Origin: an uncultured Bacteroidales bacterium
Lineage (GTDB): Bacteria > Bacteroidota > Bacteroidia > Bacteroidales > FEN-979
Direction: 5' to 3'
Assembly: GCA_963800585.1 (NCBI GenBank)
Contig: CAWDBP010000006.1
Coordinates: forward strand, 219,400 to 283,399
DNA: 64,000 nt
Part shown: positions 27,589 to 37,777 of the stretch, in pieces
Layout: every line of letters starts with the position of its first letter
Numbering within the stretch: position 1 is the stretch's first letter
Notes under the pieces: model-generated
What the model saw: only the letters and a program-made list of their open reading frames with translations
Told to the model about the DNA's origin: nothing
Databases searched by the model: none
Position numbers and translations under genes: made by a program

Positions 27589-28611
27589 TCACTGTTTCAG
27601 TATCCACGCATCAGCCCATATCTTCTTAACCTGTATCAGCGCGCGATCAGCCAATGACTTTTCCTTAAATTCCATGATGGCAACCCGTTGCTTTCCATTC
27701 TTCTCAACTAAACGTGAATCCGCATATCCTTTTGATTTGAGATCCTTTAGGAAAACAAGTAAATCTTTTTCAGGAGCAACACCTTTAACAATGATGTAAT
27801 AATGCTCCGTCCCTGCATTGGGGTTTTCATTGCTGGGTTTTGGTTCTGTTGCCTTGCTTTTATCAACATCTTTTTTCACCTGTACTGGCTTCCCGGGCTC
27901 TTTTTTTACTTCCTGTATCGGCTCTTTTTTCACTTCCTGTACAGGTTCTTTTTTTACCTCCTGCACGGGCTTTTCTTTGGGCTGCGATACCGGGGATGGT
28001 GGCTCCTGCCCACAGGTGAATGGTTCCCCCTCAGGATCAGGCAACTCGCCAAACCATACACAGGCATAGTTTTCATGGATCCCGATGCCGATCGCATTCC
28101 ATCTCGTTCCCTGCCACTTCCCCGAATTCATAAGGAAACTATTGAAATAATCCATCGATTTCCAGAAGCTGATTACACTGTCAATAACCACGACATCATT
28201 CGCATAATATACGATCTCAAACCCTTTGCCTTTATATGGCGTCAGTTCCTTTGGCTTATCCCAAACACTGTTCTTCTTATTCTCATCGCGGGGATAGCAA
28301 AACGCTTTCCAGTTTCCCTGGGCCGACCAGGAATGTGCATTGCAGACTCCCTGGTCAGGATGATGAAAAAAGAGGTCCTTGACATGTTCCGAAGCTACAA
28401 AACATAAGGATTTTGATAACGGGATCTGGGGAAGATCATAACGCTGCCGGTAAGAATTGATCATAGTATACAGCTTGGATTCCATGGTGGAAATGCAATA
28501 GGAACCCGGTACCGGTTTCCCGGCCTTCTCAGGCAACTGGCCATTGGAAAACATCCACGCGAAACAAACAAAAAAAACAGTTAAAGGCTTCATTACTCTC
28601 ATCTTCCCCAT
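27589..28611 (-). CDS. Secreted CAP/SCP-like domain protein with KEPVQEVK tandem linker and C-terminal SPOR domain
   Basis: 340 aa. Signal peptide, CAP-like N-terminal part (YRQRYDLP...ASEHVKD), a KEPVQEVKKEPVQEVKKEPIQEVKKEP repeat, and a SPOR-like end (YYIIVKG...DADAWILK pattern). Confidence 0.65.
   Translation of the reverse strand: MGKMRVMKPLTVFFVCFAWMFSNGQLPEKAGKPVPGSYCISTMESKLYTMINSYRQRYDLPQIPLSKSLCFVASEHVKDLFFHHPDQGVCNAHSWSAQGNWKAFCYPRDENKKNSVWDKPKELTPYKGKGFEIVYYANDVVVIDSVISFWKSMDYFNSFLMNSGKWQGTRWNAIGIGIHENYACVWFGELPDPEGEPFTCGQEPPSPVSQPKEKPVQEVKKEPVQEVKKEPIQEVKKEPGKPVQVKKDVDKSKATEPKPSNENPNAGTEHYYIIVKGVAPEKDLLVFLKDLKSKGYADSRLVEKNGKQRVAIMEFKEKSLADRALIQVKKIWADAWILKQ
27896..27991 (-). repeat. 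Coding 24-nt tandem repeat (3 good units plus 1 degenerate) encoding KEPVQEVK
   Basis: GGCTCTTTTTTTACTTCCTGTATC / GGCTCTTTTTTCACTTCCTGTACA / GGTTCTTTTTTTACCTCCTGCACG on the plus strand, inside the CAP-SPOR gene. Confidence 0.85.
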
Positions 28612-30569
28612 TTATGTTTATAGTGTTCCAGACCATTATCCGTCTCGGAATATTGGCTTGTAGAGTACCGGAAAATGTCTTCACGGTCAGGGATACGGGC
28701 ATAAAATCCTGCCCGGCCTTCCCGGGTTTCAATTTTCAGCAAAAGGGTGTTCCAGCCTCTGTTTATCTTGATTGAATACTTATCCTGATCGGGATTTAAC
28801 GTCCTCTCAACCGGGTGCTTATATCCCTTATGATTATAAATGATTTTAACCGCATCTTCAGATCCGATCATCAAGGTGGCTTGCCTCGGTTGGGGCGATT
28901 GGATATAAACAAGTGCATAAAACACTGCCGGTTCCCCCGGGGTGATCATGTTCTGGAAGGATAAAAAACCATCGGCCTGCGTGTTAATGACCTGCCATCG
29001 CAGGTTCATCCCATACGACCCTTTATATCCCTGGTTCCTGTCGATTGCGATCTCCGGCGGATACACCGAGTCAATCCCTGGACGTGTAATCATCGGGTTC
29101 GACTTGTCTTCAAAAGGCCCTATTACATTCCACTCCTGGATGAAGGTTCGTTTTGGCTCCAGTTTGATCCCGTCAAGCCCAACGAAATATCCTCCCGAAA
29201 GACTGTCTTTCCCCGTAACGACAAACTTCAGCGGAAGCCCGTTGTAAAGATTCCTGAAATCAGGGATGGGAATATATCCCCCGGGTCGAATAAAAGGTGC
29301 ATAGCCATCAATCTGTCCGACTTTTTCCGTCCCCATATAAACATCTGCATTGCCATAATCAGGCCCTTGAGTATAATAAACCCGGAAAGCATAACCGGTT
29401 TCTTCAAGGTTGGTCAGAAACAATGAGAACTCATCTTTCAATCCTGATTCAATAAGCAGTTGTTTTGAACCACCCCATTCTGTTCCAAAGTCAGTCATAT
29501 CCATGACTTTCGAGGGTATCTTCCCCAGGTTGAACTTCTGTTGTTCTGCTTCAATCATAGCGGTAGGAGGAACGATCCGTAAAGGTATCCTCAGGCCGGA
29601 TTTTAGCATCGGCGAAAATTTCACATGCGGCTCCGTCTGGTACCAATAAACAGTACTGCTGAAATCTGCAACATCCACGTTATTATGCCCATGTTCAATG
29701 GTAAAGTTGATGCTTTTGTTGAACTGGATAGGATTCGTAGTATAAAATTGGGACACAGATAACCTCCCCGATGAGTCATCCTTCAAAACCATTCCACTAA
29801 ATGGAGAAGCGATGGGTTTATTTTCCCCATCGGCAATAACCTTCAGATTTCCCTTCTGAAAGTTAAAAGAACTGTCATAGGCCTGAACACTAAAGCCTGC
29901 ACCAACAACATACCCGCGTCCCTGGGTGCTGAGGATAGTATAATTGGAATCATAATCAGTCCTGACATCGCGGTGCCAGTACGCATGAAAATATCCGGTG
30001 TTTGAACAGGTATGTCTTTCAACTTTCCTGTATGTGATTAGGTAATAAAGCCCCTGGATATCCTGCCCGGTTTCATTTACGATGACGATCTTGCCCTGCT
30101 CTTCAAAAGGCATGGGAAAAGAACAGGAATACTCGCCGGATGACATCGAAAGATAGGGGGTGACAAAATGAGAGTAAGCAAACCCGCTCCCAAAGAAGTC
30201 CCCGAATGGGACTTCAACCGAAGGATTTTCCTCATTATCCCAATACATCTTCAGCAAGATCCTCCGTAAAAAGTAAGGATCGGAGGATTTAACTTTGAAA
30301 AAGATATGATTGATTACAGCCGGACCGTCAAAATGGAAAATTGTAATTTCCTTCCCCACAGGAATGGAAATCTCGCCATTGTTCTCCCCTGAAATACTGC
30401 GACTGGAAACCTGTAACTGCTTGCCATCCTTAAGGTAATGCAGCACCCCCGGTTTCAGAATATTCTCAAGATAAGTTTTATTGGAATTAACGCAGGATAG
30501 CAGAATTCCCGATAAAATCCCGAACCCTGCAATCATAATCCATAAACGGTATCTCATTCCTTGTAGCAT
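28599..30569 (-). CDS. DUF2961 (GH172-like) domain protein with extra C-terminal domain
   Basis: 656 aa. The region INHIFFKV...MYWDNEENPSVEVPFGDFFG matches the DUF2961 core. Confidence 0.75.
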   Translation of the reverse strand: MLQGMRYRLWIMIAGFGILSGILLSCVNSNKTYLENILKPGVLHYLKDGKQLQVSSRSISGENNGEISIPVGKEITIFHFDGPAVINHIFFKVKSSDPYFLRRILLKMYWDNEENPSVEVPFGDFFGSGFAYSHFVTPYLSMSSGEYSCSFPMPFEEQGKIVIVNETGQDIQGLYYLITYRKVERHTCSNTGYFHAYWHRDVRTDYDSNYTILSTQGRGYVVGAGFSVQAYDSSFNFQKGNLKVIADGENKPIASPFSGMVLKDDSSGRLSVSQFYTTNPIQFNKSINFTIEHGHNNVDVADFSSTVYWYQTEPHVKFSPMLKSGLRIPLRIVPPTAMIEAEQQKFNLGKIPSKVMDMTDFGTEWGGSKQLLIESGLKDEFSLFLTNLEETGYAFRVYYTQGPDYGNADVYMGTEKVGQIDGYAPFIRPGGYIPIPDFRNLYNGLPLKFVVTGKDSLSGGYFVGLDGIKLEPKRTFIQEWNVIGPFEDKSNPMITRPGIDSVYPPEIAIDRNQGYKGSYGMNLRWQVINTQADGFLSFQNMITPGEPAVFYALVYIQSPQPRQATLMIGSEDAVKIIYNHKGYKHPVERTLNPDQDKYSIKINRGWNTLLLKIETREGRAGFYARIPDREDIFRYSTSQYSETDNGLEHYKHKWGR

Positions 30570-30649
30570 TAATGACAGTCTGTGCCATGTTAGAATCGGG
30601 CAGCAAAATTATATCATTTTTCCATCCCCTTCCCATAAATATTATGCTA

Positions 30650-30758
30650 CCCCTGAAAATGTAGGGGCGACCCTCGCGGTCGCCCGCCGTCCTCCACCTG
30701 ACTACAAACTGCGAACTTGTGACTGCCGACTGCCACCTAGCTGCGAACTGCCAACTAC
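30650..30758 (+). repeat. GC hairpins (CCCCT..AGGGG; GGGCGACC CTCGC GGTCGCCC) followed by an ACTGCGA/ACTGCCG word array
   Basis: Perfect 8-bp stem at 30665-30685. Heptamer words lie at 30705-30758. Confidence 0.85.
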
Positions 30759-30936
30759 GTACTGTGTACGACATCGAAAAAAAACATAACTATGACTTGG
30801 GGAATTACTTGTAAACAACTGATTATTTTAACATGTAATAATTTTAGTTCAAGAAAACCGCATATTATTTTTTGAAATAGCCAAATATTGTTTTGTACTT
30901 TTATCTTTTAAAACTTTATCATTTTCTCTTCTGTTT

Positions 30937-33008
30937 ATGACAGCTATCAACAAAGAAAAAAAAACGGTAAATAAAAAACTAATTAACAAGTCACATAAAA
31001 CCTATTACAAAAAAGAATCGCTTTTTGAAAACCCTGTATTTCTGGTCATTCTTATCCTTTTATTGACATTCATTACATTCTTGCCTTCGTTAAAGAATGG
31101 CTTTATCGCTACTTGGGATGATTCGCCATATTTACTTGACAACCCGATTATCAGGCAGCTAAATTTCGCCTCAATTAAAGCAATGTTTGTCAACCAGGTA
31201 AATGTTTCATATGTTCCGCTTCCACTTTTGAGCTTCGCTATCGAATATCATTTTTTCGGATTCGCCCCTATTCCATTTCATGTGACAAATCTGATATTAC
31301 ATTTGGGATGCACTTGCTTGGTTTTCTACTTTTTCCGGTTATTAAAATTGGACAATATCTATGCTGCCCTTGGTGCTTTACTCTTTGGGATTCATCCTAT
31401 GCACGTAGAGTCAGTCGCCTGGATCACTGAACGGAAAGACCTTCTTTATAGCTTATTTTATCTCTCTTCAATGATTTTTTATATTTTGAATATTCTGCGA
31501 AATGAACGATCATGGAAATTAATATCTCTAAGTATATTGTTTTTCATCCTGGCTCTTTTTTCTAAAATTCAAGCGGTCACACTACCTCTAAGTTTACTTC
31601 TCATAGACTACTATTTTCAGCGACCCTTAAAACTAAAGTTAATTATTGAAAAGATTCCTTTGTTTTTCCTTTCCTTTATAATTGGAATGGTCGGAATATT
31701 AATCATCAACAAACAAATTGGATTTCAGATCAATGAATCATCGCCATTTTATCAAAGAATATTCTTGGGATTATTTGCATTAAGTGCCTATTTATTAAAG
31801 TTTCTTGCCCCATTTTATCTTAGTGCCATTTATCCAATTCCTTTTAGTTCAAATCAAACATTGCCTTTAATATATTATTTGAGTCCTTTATTCTTATTAC
31901 TCGTGGGGTATGGAGTTTACAAATCGGCTAAGGATACGAAAGCTATTATCTTTGGAAGTTTGTTCTTTCTGTTTAACATCATTTTCCTGCTACAATTTAT
32001 TGGTGCAGGTGTCACTTATCTTGCTGATCGCTATTCCTACATTCCATATATAGGTTTATCATTTATTTTGGCATGGACGGTAGAGCAAGCTGTAAAAAAA
32101 AGTTACAAATACAAACCACATCTTGTCTTTTCAATGTTCACTCTCTGCACAATCTTTATTTTTCTGACTTTTAATCGATGTCAGGTTTGGGAAGGAGTAC
32201 AACTTTGGAATGATGTTATAAAGAAATATCCGGAATACCCGACAGGTTATAACAACAGAGGTTTAGAATATCAGAAACTTGGACAAATGGATAGAGCAAT
32301 AGATGATTTCACAAAGACACTTGAAATTGACCCCAATAATTTTAAAGCATATGCCAATAGAGCAATTACGTATGGTGACATGGGACAATGGGATAAACAA
32401 GTAGACGACTGTTCTAAATCCATTGAGATCAATCCAAATAACCAGACCACGTATTCTAACCGTGGACTGGCATATGAAAATTTAGGTGATTGGGAGAGTG
32501 CGATTAAAGATTATACAATAGTTCTGAAATATAATCCAAATACTAAGGAAGCATATTTAAATCGGGGGGGGGGTATGCAAATCTTCATCAATGGGATAAT
32601 GCAATAGCTGATTTTTCCAAAGCAATCGACATTGATCCGAATTATGCAGCAGCGTTTTCTAACCGGGGTTTTGCATTTGATAATATTGGGAATTTGAATA
32701 ATGCGTTATCTGATTACTCTAGGGCGATTGAAATAAATCCAAATTTTACAAAAGCGTATTTTAGCCGTGGTATGACATATGCGAAAGTTGAGCAATGGGC
32801 CAAAGCAATTTCAGATTTTTCCAGTGTCATAGAACTTAACTCAAATTTAAAAGAAGCATACGTACAAAGAGGAATTGTTTATAGCCACTTAGGGCAATGG
32901 GATAAAGCAATTTCAGATTATGATATTGCTTTGATTATCGATCCGAGTTATACATCAGCATTCGAGAATAGGGAAATCGCATATAAAAATCTCAAAAAAA
33001 AGAAATAA
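30937..33008 (+). pseudogene. GT-C fold, TMTC/PMT-like membrane glycosyltransferase fused to about 9 TPR repeats; frame broken at a G10 tract
   Basis: Track ORFs 30937..32607 and 32694..33008 belong to one gene. After the G-run at 32564-32573, the next frame reads YANLHQWDNAIADFSKAIDIDPNYAAAFSNRGFAFDN... This continues the 34-aa TPR register exactly if the run were G11. The membrane part has the HPMHVESVAWITERKDLLY motif. Confidence 0.75.
32564..32573 (+). repeat. Homopolymeric G10 tract inside the GT-C/TPR coding sequence
   Basis: Counted directly as atc-GGGGGGGGGG-tatgc. The reading frame changes here. Confidence 0.95.
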
Positions 33009-33023
33009 AATGCTTGCTAATTT

Positions 33024-33360
33024 TCGTAAATCGTAAATTATCTTTTTTTTTCTTTTAATACGTGCTCCTTAAGTTTTGTAAACATAACGCAAGGATAAGA
33101 AACAATCGCTCCTTCTATGTTGCAAAACAAGAAACTGCCAACTGCCAACCGCCGACTGTTCAGGTTCAATTTGATGATTTCTGGTGAAATTATATTCTTT
33201 TGTCATCTTGCCATTTTACCATTTTTTTCTCACCATGTCACCAATTCTCCCCGCCCCGAATGGGGAGGGGCCGGGGGAGGGGCTGTTACGCGTCACGAAA
33301 TTCCCCCTCCCTCTTGGGGGAGGGGGTCAGGGGGTGGGGTGAGAGAGTCAGGGGGTGGGG
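33024..33360 (+). repeat. Repeat island in which most word families are concatenated
   Basis: In order: CGTAAAT x2, T-run, ACTGCCA words (33133-33158), TACCATTT/CACCATGTCACC (33202-33246), CCCCGCCCCGAATGGGGAGGGGCCGGGGGAGGGG, CGCGTCACGAAATT, CCCCCTCCCTCTTGGGGGAGGGGGTCAGGGGGTGGGGTGAGAGAGTCAGGGGGTGGGG. Confidence 0.9.
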
Positions 33361-35502
33361 TCATTTACTTTCGTCAATCAGCACCCTCGCCATTATCGAA
33401 TCCCATATATAATTGGAAGGACAATTCAACACTTCATTATCCGGACTGAACGATTCCCAGAAATTATGATTCTTCGACAACTGTGTTGTGACGCACAGCA
33501 TCATCTTCCCGGCCAACTGTTTCGCCAGCTCCTTGTACCCATAGTTCTTTAAACCCTCATAAACCATATAATCCCAGAGAAGCCATACTGGACCGTTCCA
33601 TTTGCAGCAATAATCAACAAACGGACTGTACAGCGGATCTTTCGCGGACAGGGTCGGTACCCCGTATTTTCTCCAGAAACGTGTGGTATCAGTCAATGTC
33701 TTTATCAGCTTATCTGCCCGGTCTTTCGGGGCTGCCTCTGCCCATAAGGCAAGAAATCCGATGATCTCCTGCCTCTTAAGGTCCCGTGTCCGGAATTTGA
33801 AGGAATAATCCTTTTTATTGACTGAATAATAGAAACCCGTCGTATCATCCCACATCCTTTTATTAACCAGCTTGACTGTATTCTCAGCTTTTTTCTGCCA
33901 GTCGGCCGCTTCTGCTGTCTTCCCAAGTGCAGAAGCCATTTGAGCGAGACTCTTTTCCTCCTTGATCACCATCAGCGTTAGATCAAGACACTCCAGCTCG
34001 TCAGAAATATCCTTCTTGTCCACATCCAGGGAATTTTCTTCCGACACCTCGAATACGGCGTTGTACCCGTCCCTTACATTTTCAACCATGCCATTCGGTC
34101 CCCATTCAAAAGTTCCGTCATGATTGGTGTCCCTGTTCCGGATCAGCCATTTTACATATTTCGAACCCGACGCATAGGCTTCCTTGAGGAATTGCATGTC
34201 CTTCGATACTTTATAAACCTCCCAGTTGATCCAGCTGAAGAACGGGGCCGAGATCGTAGGCATTTTTTTCTGCGGATAATCCTGTCTGCCCCTCGGACCA
34301 TGTCGATAGGCAATCAGTCCGCTGGTATCCTGCTGCTCCATATAAACCCGCTGTGACCCTTCGGCAGACAATTGATCGAGATAGACGTACGAAAGCATGC
34401 TCAGGGATTCATGCAGCACCTGGTGCCCGTGTCCCCATCCCCATATCGGGTTCCTCGAGAAGGAATAAAAATTGTATTTCGTCTTCCCGGATGCGGGATA
34501 CATCGATCCGCGGGCAAGATTGTACGACCCGATGTAAACCAGCTTTTCTGCATCCGTTTTAAAAGGGATCCTCGGTATCTTGGCAAACAACATCAGGTTA
34601 TCTTCATAGAAGGTCTTCAGGAACAGGCTCTTTAGTTGTTTTGCATCGGAGAATAGTGCATCGGAGTTTTCTGATTGCGATTGAACACCGCGCATATAGC
34701 GCATCTCAGTTATTTCCCCGGGACGCAGACGTTTGTTTAACTGCAAGGCGATGTAATTGACGAACCCTTCCTTTTTCATATTTAGGTTGTCGCCGCGCCT
34801 GTCCGAATAATAATCTGTCTTTATCTGGTTGTAGAAACCGGAGATGTCTCCTGGATATCCTCCGTAGGAATAAACCTTCTGGTTGGCTGTAAAAAAGTCG
34901 CGCGTATGCGTTGGATAAGGATATTCTGTTTTTAAACTGCTGATCAGCCGGTACGGACTTTCATACCGGTACGTGATATACCCGTCAGCGCTTTCATTGT
35001 AATTCCTGATCTCAAGCGAATCGTTTCCCGATTCCAGCACCGGATATACCGTAAGCTCATGAGCAACCTTATCGGTGTTCTTTATTTCCATATCCACAAC
35101 CGCCAGGGTGGAACTGTAAACAAGGAAGGTTTCTTTCACATGGATCCCCCGGAAAGGTTCATATTCCATGATCATCATGTCTGGAAAAGAATACTCGACG
35201 ACCGGCTTCTTGAAGAACTCACCGGTATTCATCACCACAACCCCATCCACCTTCCAGATGGCAAACATGCTCCCTGCCTGGTCGCTCGAATAAGTCACCG
35301 GCCTGCAACTGGAATAATAATCCATCTTATAGGCCTTATCCCCGTACAACCGCGACCGTGCCATCGCCGCAGCATAAGTAGTATACAAAGGATCATTCGC
35401 CTTGGCATTGATCCTAAGATAATCCCCCAGCGTCCCAAATGTCTGCCCGCAAACCACCCAGGGCAATAAAATAATCTGAATCAGGAACAGAACTTTTTTC
35501 AT
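33361..35502 (-). CDS. (alpha/alpha)6-barrel glycoside hydrolase, GH63/MGH1-like
   Basis: 713 aa with a signal peptide. C-terminal RFWRKYGVPTLSAKDPLYSP...WNGPVWLLWDYMVYEGL is typical of the MGH1/GH63-like catalytic domain. Confidence 0.72.
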   Translation of the reverse strand: MKKVLFLIQIILLPWVVCGQTFGTLGDYLRINAKANDPLYTTYAAAMARSRLYGDKAYKMDYYSSCRPVTYSSDQAGSMFAIWKVDGVVVMNTGEFFKKPVVEYSFPDMMIMEYEPFRGIHVKETFLVYSSTLAVVDMEIKNTDKVAHELTVYPVLESGNDSLEIRNYNESADGYITYRYESPYRLISSLKTEYPYPTHTRDFFTANQKVYSYGGYPGDISGFYNQIKTDYYSDRRGDNLNMKKEGFVNYIALQLNKRLRPGEITEMRYMRGVQSQSENSDALFSDAKQLKSLFLKTFYEDNLMLFAKIPRIPFKTDAEKLVYIGSYNLARGSMYPASGKTKYNFYSFSRNPIWGWGHGHQVLHESLSMLSYVYLDQLSAEGSQRVYMEQQDTSGLIAYRHGPRGRQDYPQKKMPTISAPFFSWINWEVYKVSKDMQFLKEAYASGSKYVKWLIRNRDTNHDGTFEWGPNGMVENVRDGYNAVFEVSEENSLDVDKKDISDELECLDLTLMVIKEEKSLAQMASALGKTAEAADWQKKAENTVKLVNKRMWDDTTGFYYSVNKKDYSFKFRTRDLKRQEIIGFLALWAEAAPKDRADKLIKTLTDTTRFWRKYGVPTLSAKDPLYSPFVDYCCKWNGPVWLLWDYMVYEGLKNYGYKELAKQLAGKMMLCVTTQLSKNHNFWESFSPDNEVLNCPSNYIWDSIMARVLIDESK

Positions 35503-35531
35503 AAAACTCCCTCTCTTAAAAACTTTATAAA

Positions 35532-35589
35532 CTTTTAGCGCTTTTTAGCGTCTTAGCGTCTTAGCGGTAAAAAAAACTGCCAACTGCCC
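35532..35589 (+). repeat. TTAGCG array (copy 4) plus ACTGCCA words
   Basis: CTTTTAGCGCTTTTTAGCGTCTTAGCGTCTTAGCGGTAAAAAAAACTGCCAACTGCCC. Confidence 0.9.
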
Positions 35590-37723
35590 TCATTTCCCCA
35601 AATCGATCAGAAACCGCGCCCCCAACCCCGCCCAGATATACGTCTTATTCCATCCTGCCTCATGATCATCAGGACTGTAAAACTCCCAGAAAACATGATC
35701 CTGCTTCAAATGCCAGGCCATGTTATTTAACACTTTTATTGCCAGCTCTTCTGCTTCCTTTTTATACCCATGATCCAGCAATCCCCGGAAAACAAGGTAA
35801 TCCCATTGAACCCATACCGGACCATTCCAATAACCCATAGGATTGTAATAACTATCTTTAGCCGAAAGTGTCGGTACCCCGTAAGGCCTCCAGAACTCAT
35901 CCGGATTCGTCATCGTGGAAACAAGCCGGGCCGTCTTTGCCGTATCGCTCACGCCGGCCCATAATGGCAGGAATCCGATGATCTCTTTGATCTTCAGATC
36001 ATCCGGATGGCGGAAACTGAACGATTGATCATTCCTGTTAACATTATAATAGAAGCCGGTCAATTCATCCCACATGTATTTATTGATCAGCCTGGTACGG
36101 CTTTCTGCATCTGCCATCCATTTTCTGGCTTCCTCATGATAGCCCAGCAAACCCGCCATTTCTGAAAGCGACTTTGCCTCTTTCACCAGCATGGAATTTA
36201 GATCAGGTCCTTCAAAATTGGATGGCCAGCCAACATTATCCCATACAGCGACCCGGGCATCCCTCACCGATTCAAGTGATGCTTCGCCTCCCCATTCGCA
36301 AAGCCCGTTACTGTTTGAATCCCTATTTGCTATAAAGTAACTATAAAACTTGGCTCCCGATTTATAAGCTTCTTCAAGAAAATTCTTATCATGGGTGATT
36401 TTAAAGATCTCCAGGTTCTCATAGTTGAAGAATAGGCGCCGAACTCGTTAGTTTCCCCTTAAATTCAATGGTCTCCTCAAGGTATGGCCCTGTCCGGTAA
36501 TTTATATAGCCGTCCGGATGCTGGCGCTCAAAATAAACCCGCTGTGAATTCATGGCACCGTCGGGGTCCATATATGCATAGGCCAGCATGGAAAGACTTT
36601 CGTGAAAAACCTGGCCGCCATATCCCCAGCCCCATTTCGGTTCACGGGAGAAGACATAGTAATTATTCGCACATTTCCCTTCCGCCGGCATCATGCATTG
36701 CCTTAATAACGAAAAACAACTCCAGTATAAGTAGGTGAGATCCCGCCCGCTTACCTCACTGCCAGTCCCCATATCCTGGAGGAGTGGGGGCGAAGGGATC
36801 TTCTCATAGGCCTTCTCATCATCCTTTATCAATTCCCTGGGATCAGCATTGAACAATGGCTGGATCTTTCGGGCCAGGACCGGAATCCGTATCTTCTTGT
36901 CTTCCAGGCCAAAAACCACCCTGAAATGAACCTGGTCCTTGGGATAGATCCGAAATCCCCTTGAACAGATCAGCCCTTTTACTGCTTTTTCAGTCCGTTT
37001 ATTCTTATGCAACTGCTCTTTAAGCTTTTGAAATAGATCAGGACTGCTTCGGGCTAAAGTTTCATCTTTACCAGTCACAAAAGATAAAGTGCTGTCAAAT
37101 CGGGTGTCACCCGCAAAAAAACCTTCCAGCTCTTCCACCAGCGGGATCGAATGTTCCTTCATCCACGGATCCCGTAATTTCTTCACAGGAAAAGAATAAA
37201 AATCAAACGGGCTCTGATGAACAATCCCATTGACAGTATCTTCTGACGGAAAATACAGGTAGGGGACGACATTAATTTCTGCAGCAAAGGCTCCTTCATT
37301 CCTGATCCTGACATCAGCAATTGCCTCCTGTGAGGAATAAATATCAAACAGCACTTCAACACGGATATCTTTAAAAGGATAATAATAATAGGAAACCAGG
37401 TCACTGTAGGAAATAGTCACAACTGGTTCCCTGTACATTTCATTCAGCCTGAACCTGAGTTGATTACCCTGCAGAAAAGCCAACCCGAAGTTCAGCCCGT
37501 TCTGCGAAATAAATCCCGCCCCATTCTCACCATCATTCCATAAAAACTGGTACCCCTGGTCAATCATATAGGATGAACGGCTCACCGGTGCAGCATAGGT
37601 TGTAAACAATGCATCGTTCTTTGTAGCCTCCAGGTTCGATAAAACCTGCCCTGACCCCACCCCTGGAAAAAGTAATAAACCACCAAAAACCGTGATAAAC
37701 ATTATACTTTTCATCATACACAT
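35590..37723 (-). pseudogene. Paralog of the GH63/MGH1-like hydrolase, split by one frameshift
   Basis: ORFs 36419..37723 (N-terminal part) and 35590..36267 (C-terminal part) align end-to-end with the 713-aa neighbour. TSSAP|FFNYENLEIFK corresponds to TISAPFFSWINWEVYK. The frame changes at about 36433. Confidence 0.72.
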
Positions 37724-37748
37724 AACTTCATTTTTTAGGCATGGACAT

Positions 37749-37776
37749 TTTTTTTCGCGTCACGCGTCACGACTTT
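37749..37776 (+). repeat. T-run plus CGCGTCACGCGTCACGA module
   Basis: TTTTTTTCGCGTCACGCGTCACGACTTT, lying between two minus-strand GH genes. Confidence 0.85.
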
Positions 37777-37777
37777 C

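Noticed and set aside
33117-33449. ORFs lying mostly in intergenic repeat modules: 33117..33449, 33200..33412, 14632..14871, 30481..30789, 30487..30774 and 14370..14564.
   Set aside because: Their translations are the repeat words read in frame (SPVHH..., GGAGGG..., LPTANRRL...). The same DNA recurs in non-coding contexts elsewhere, so they are unlikely to be genes. The signal-peptide-like start of 14370..14564 is discussed as a finding.
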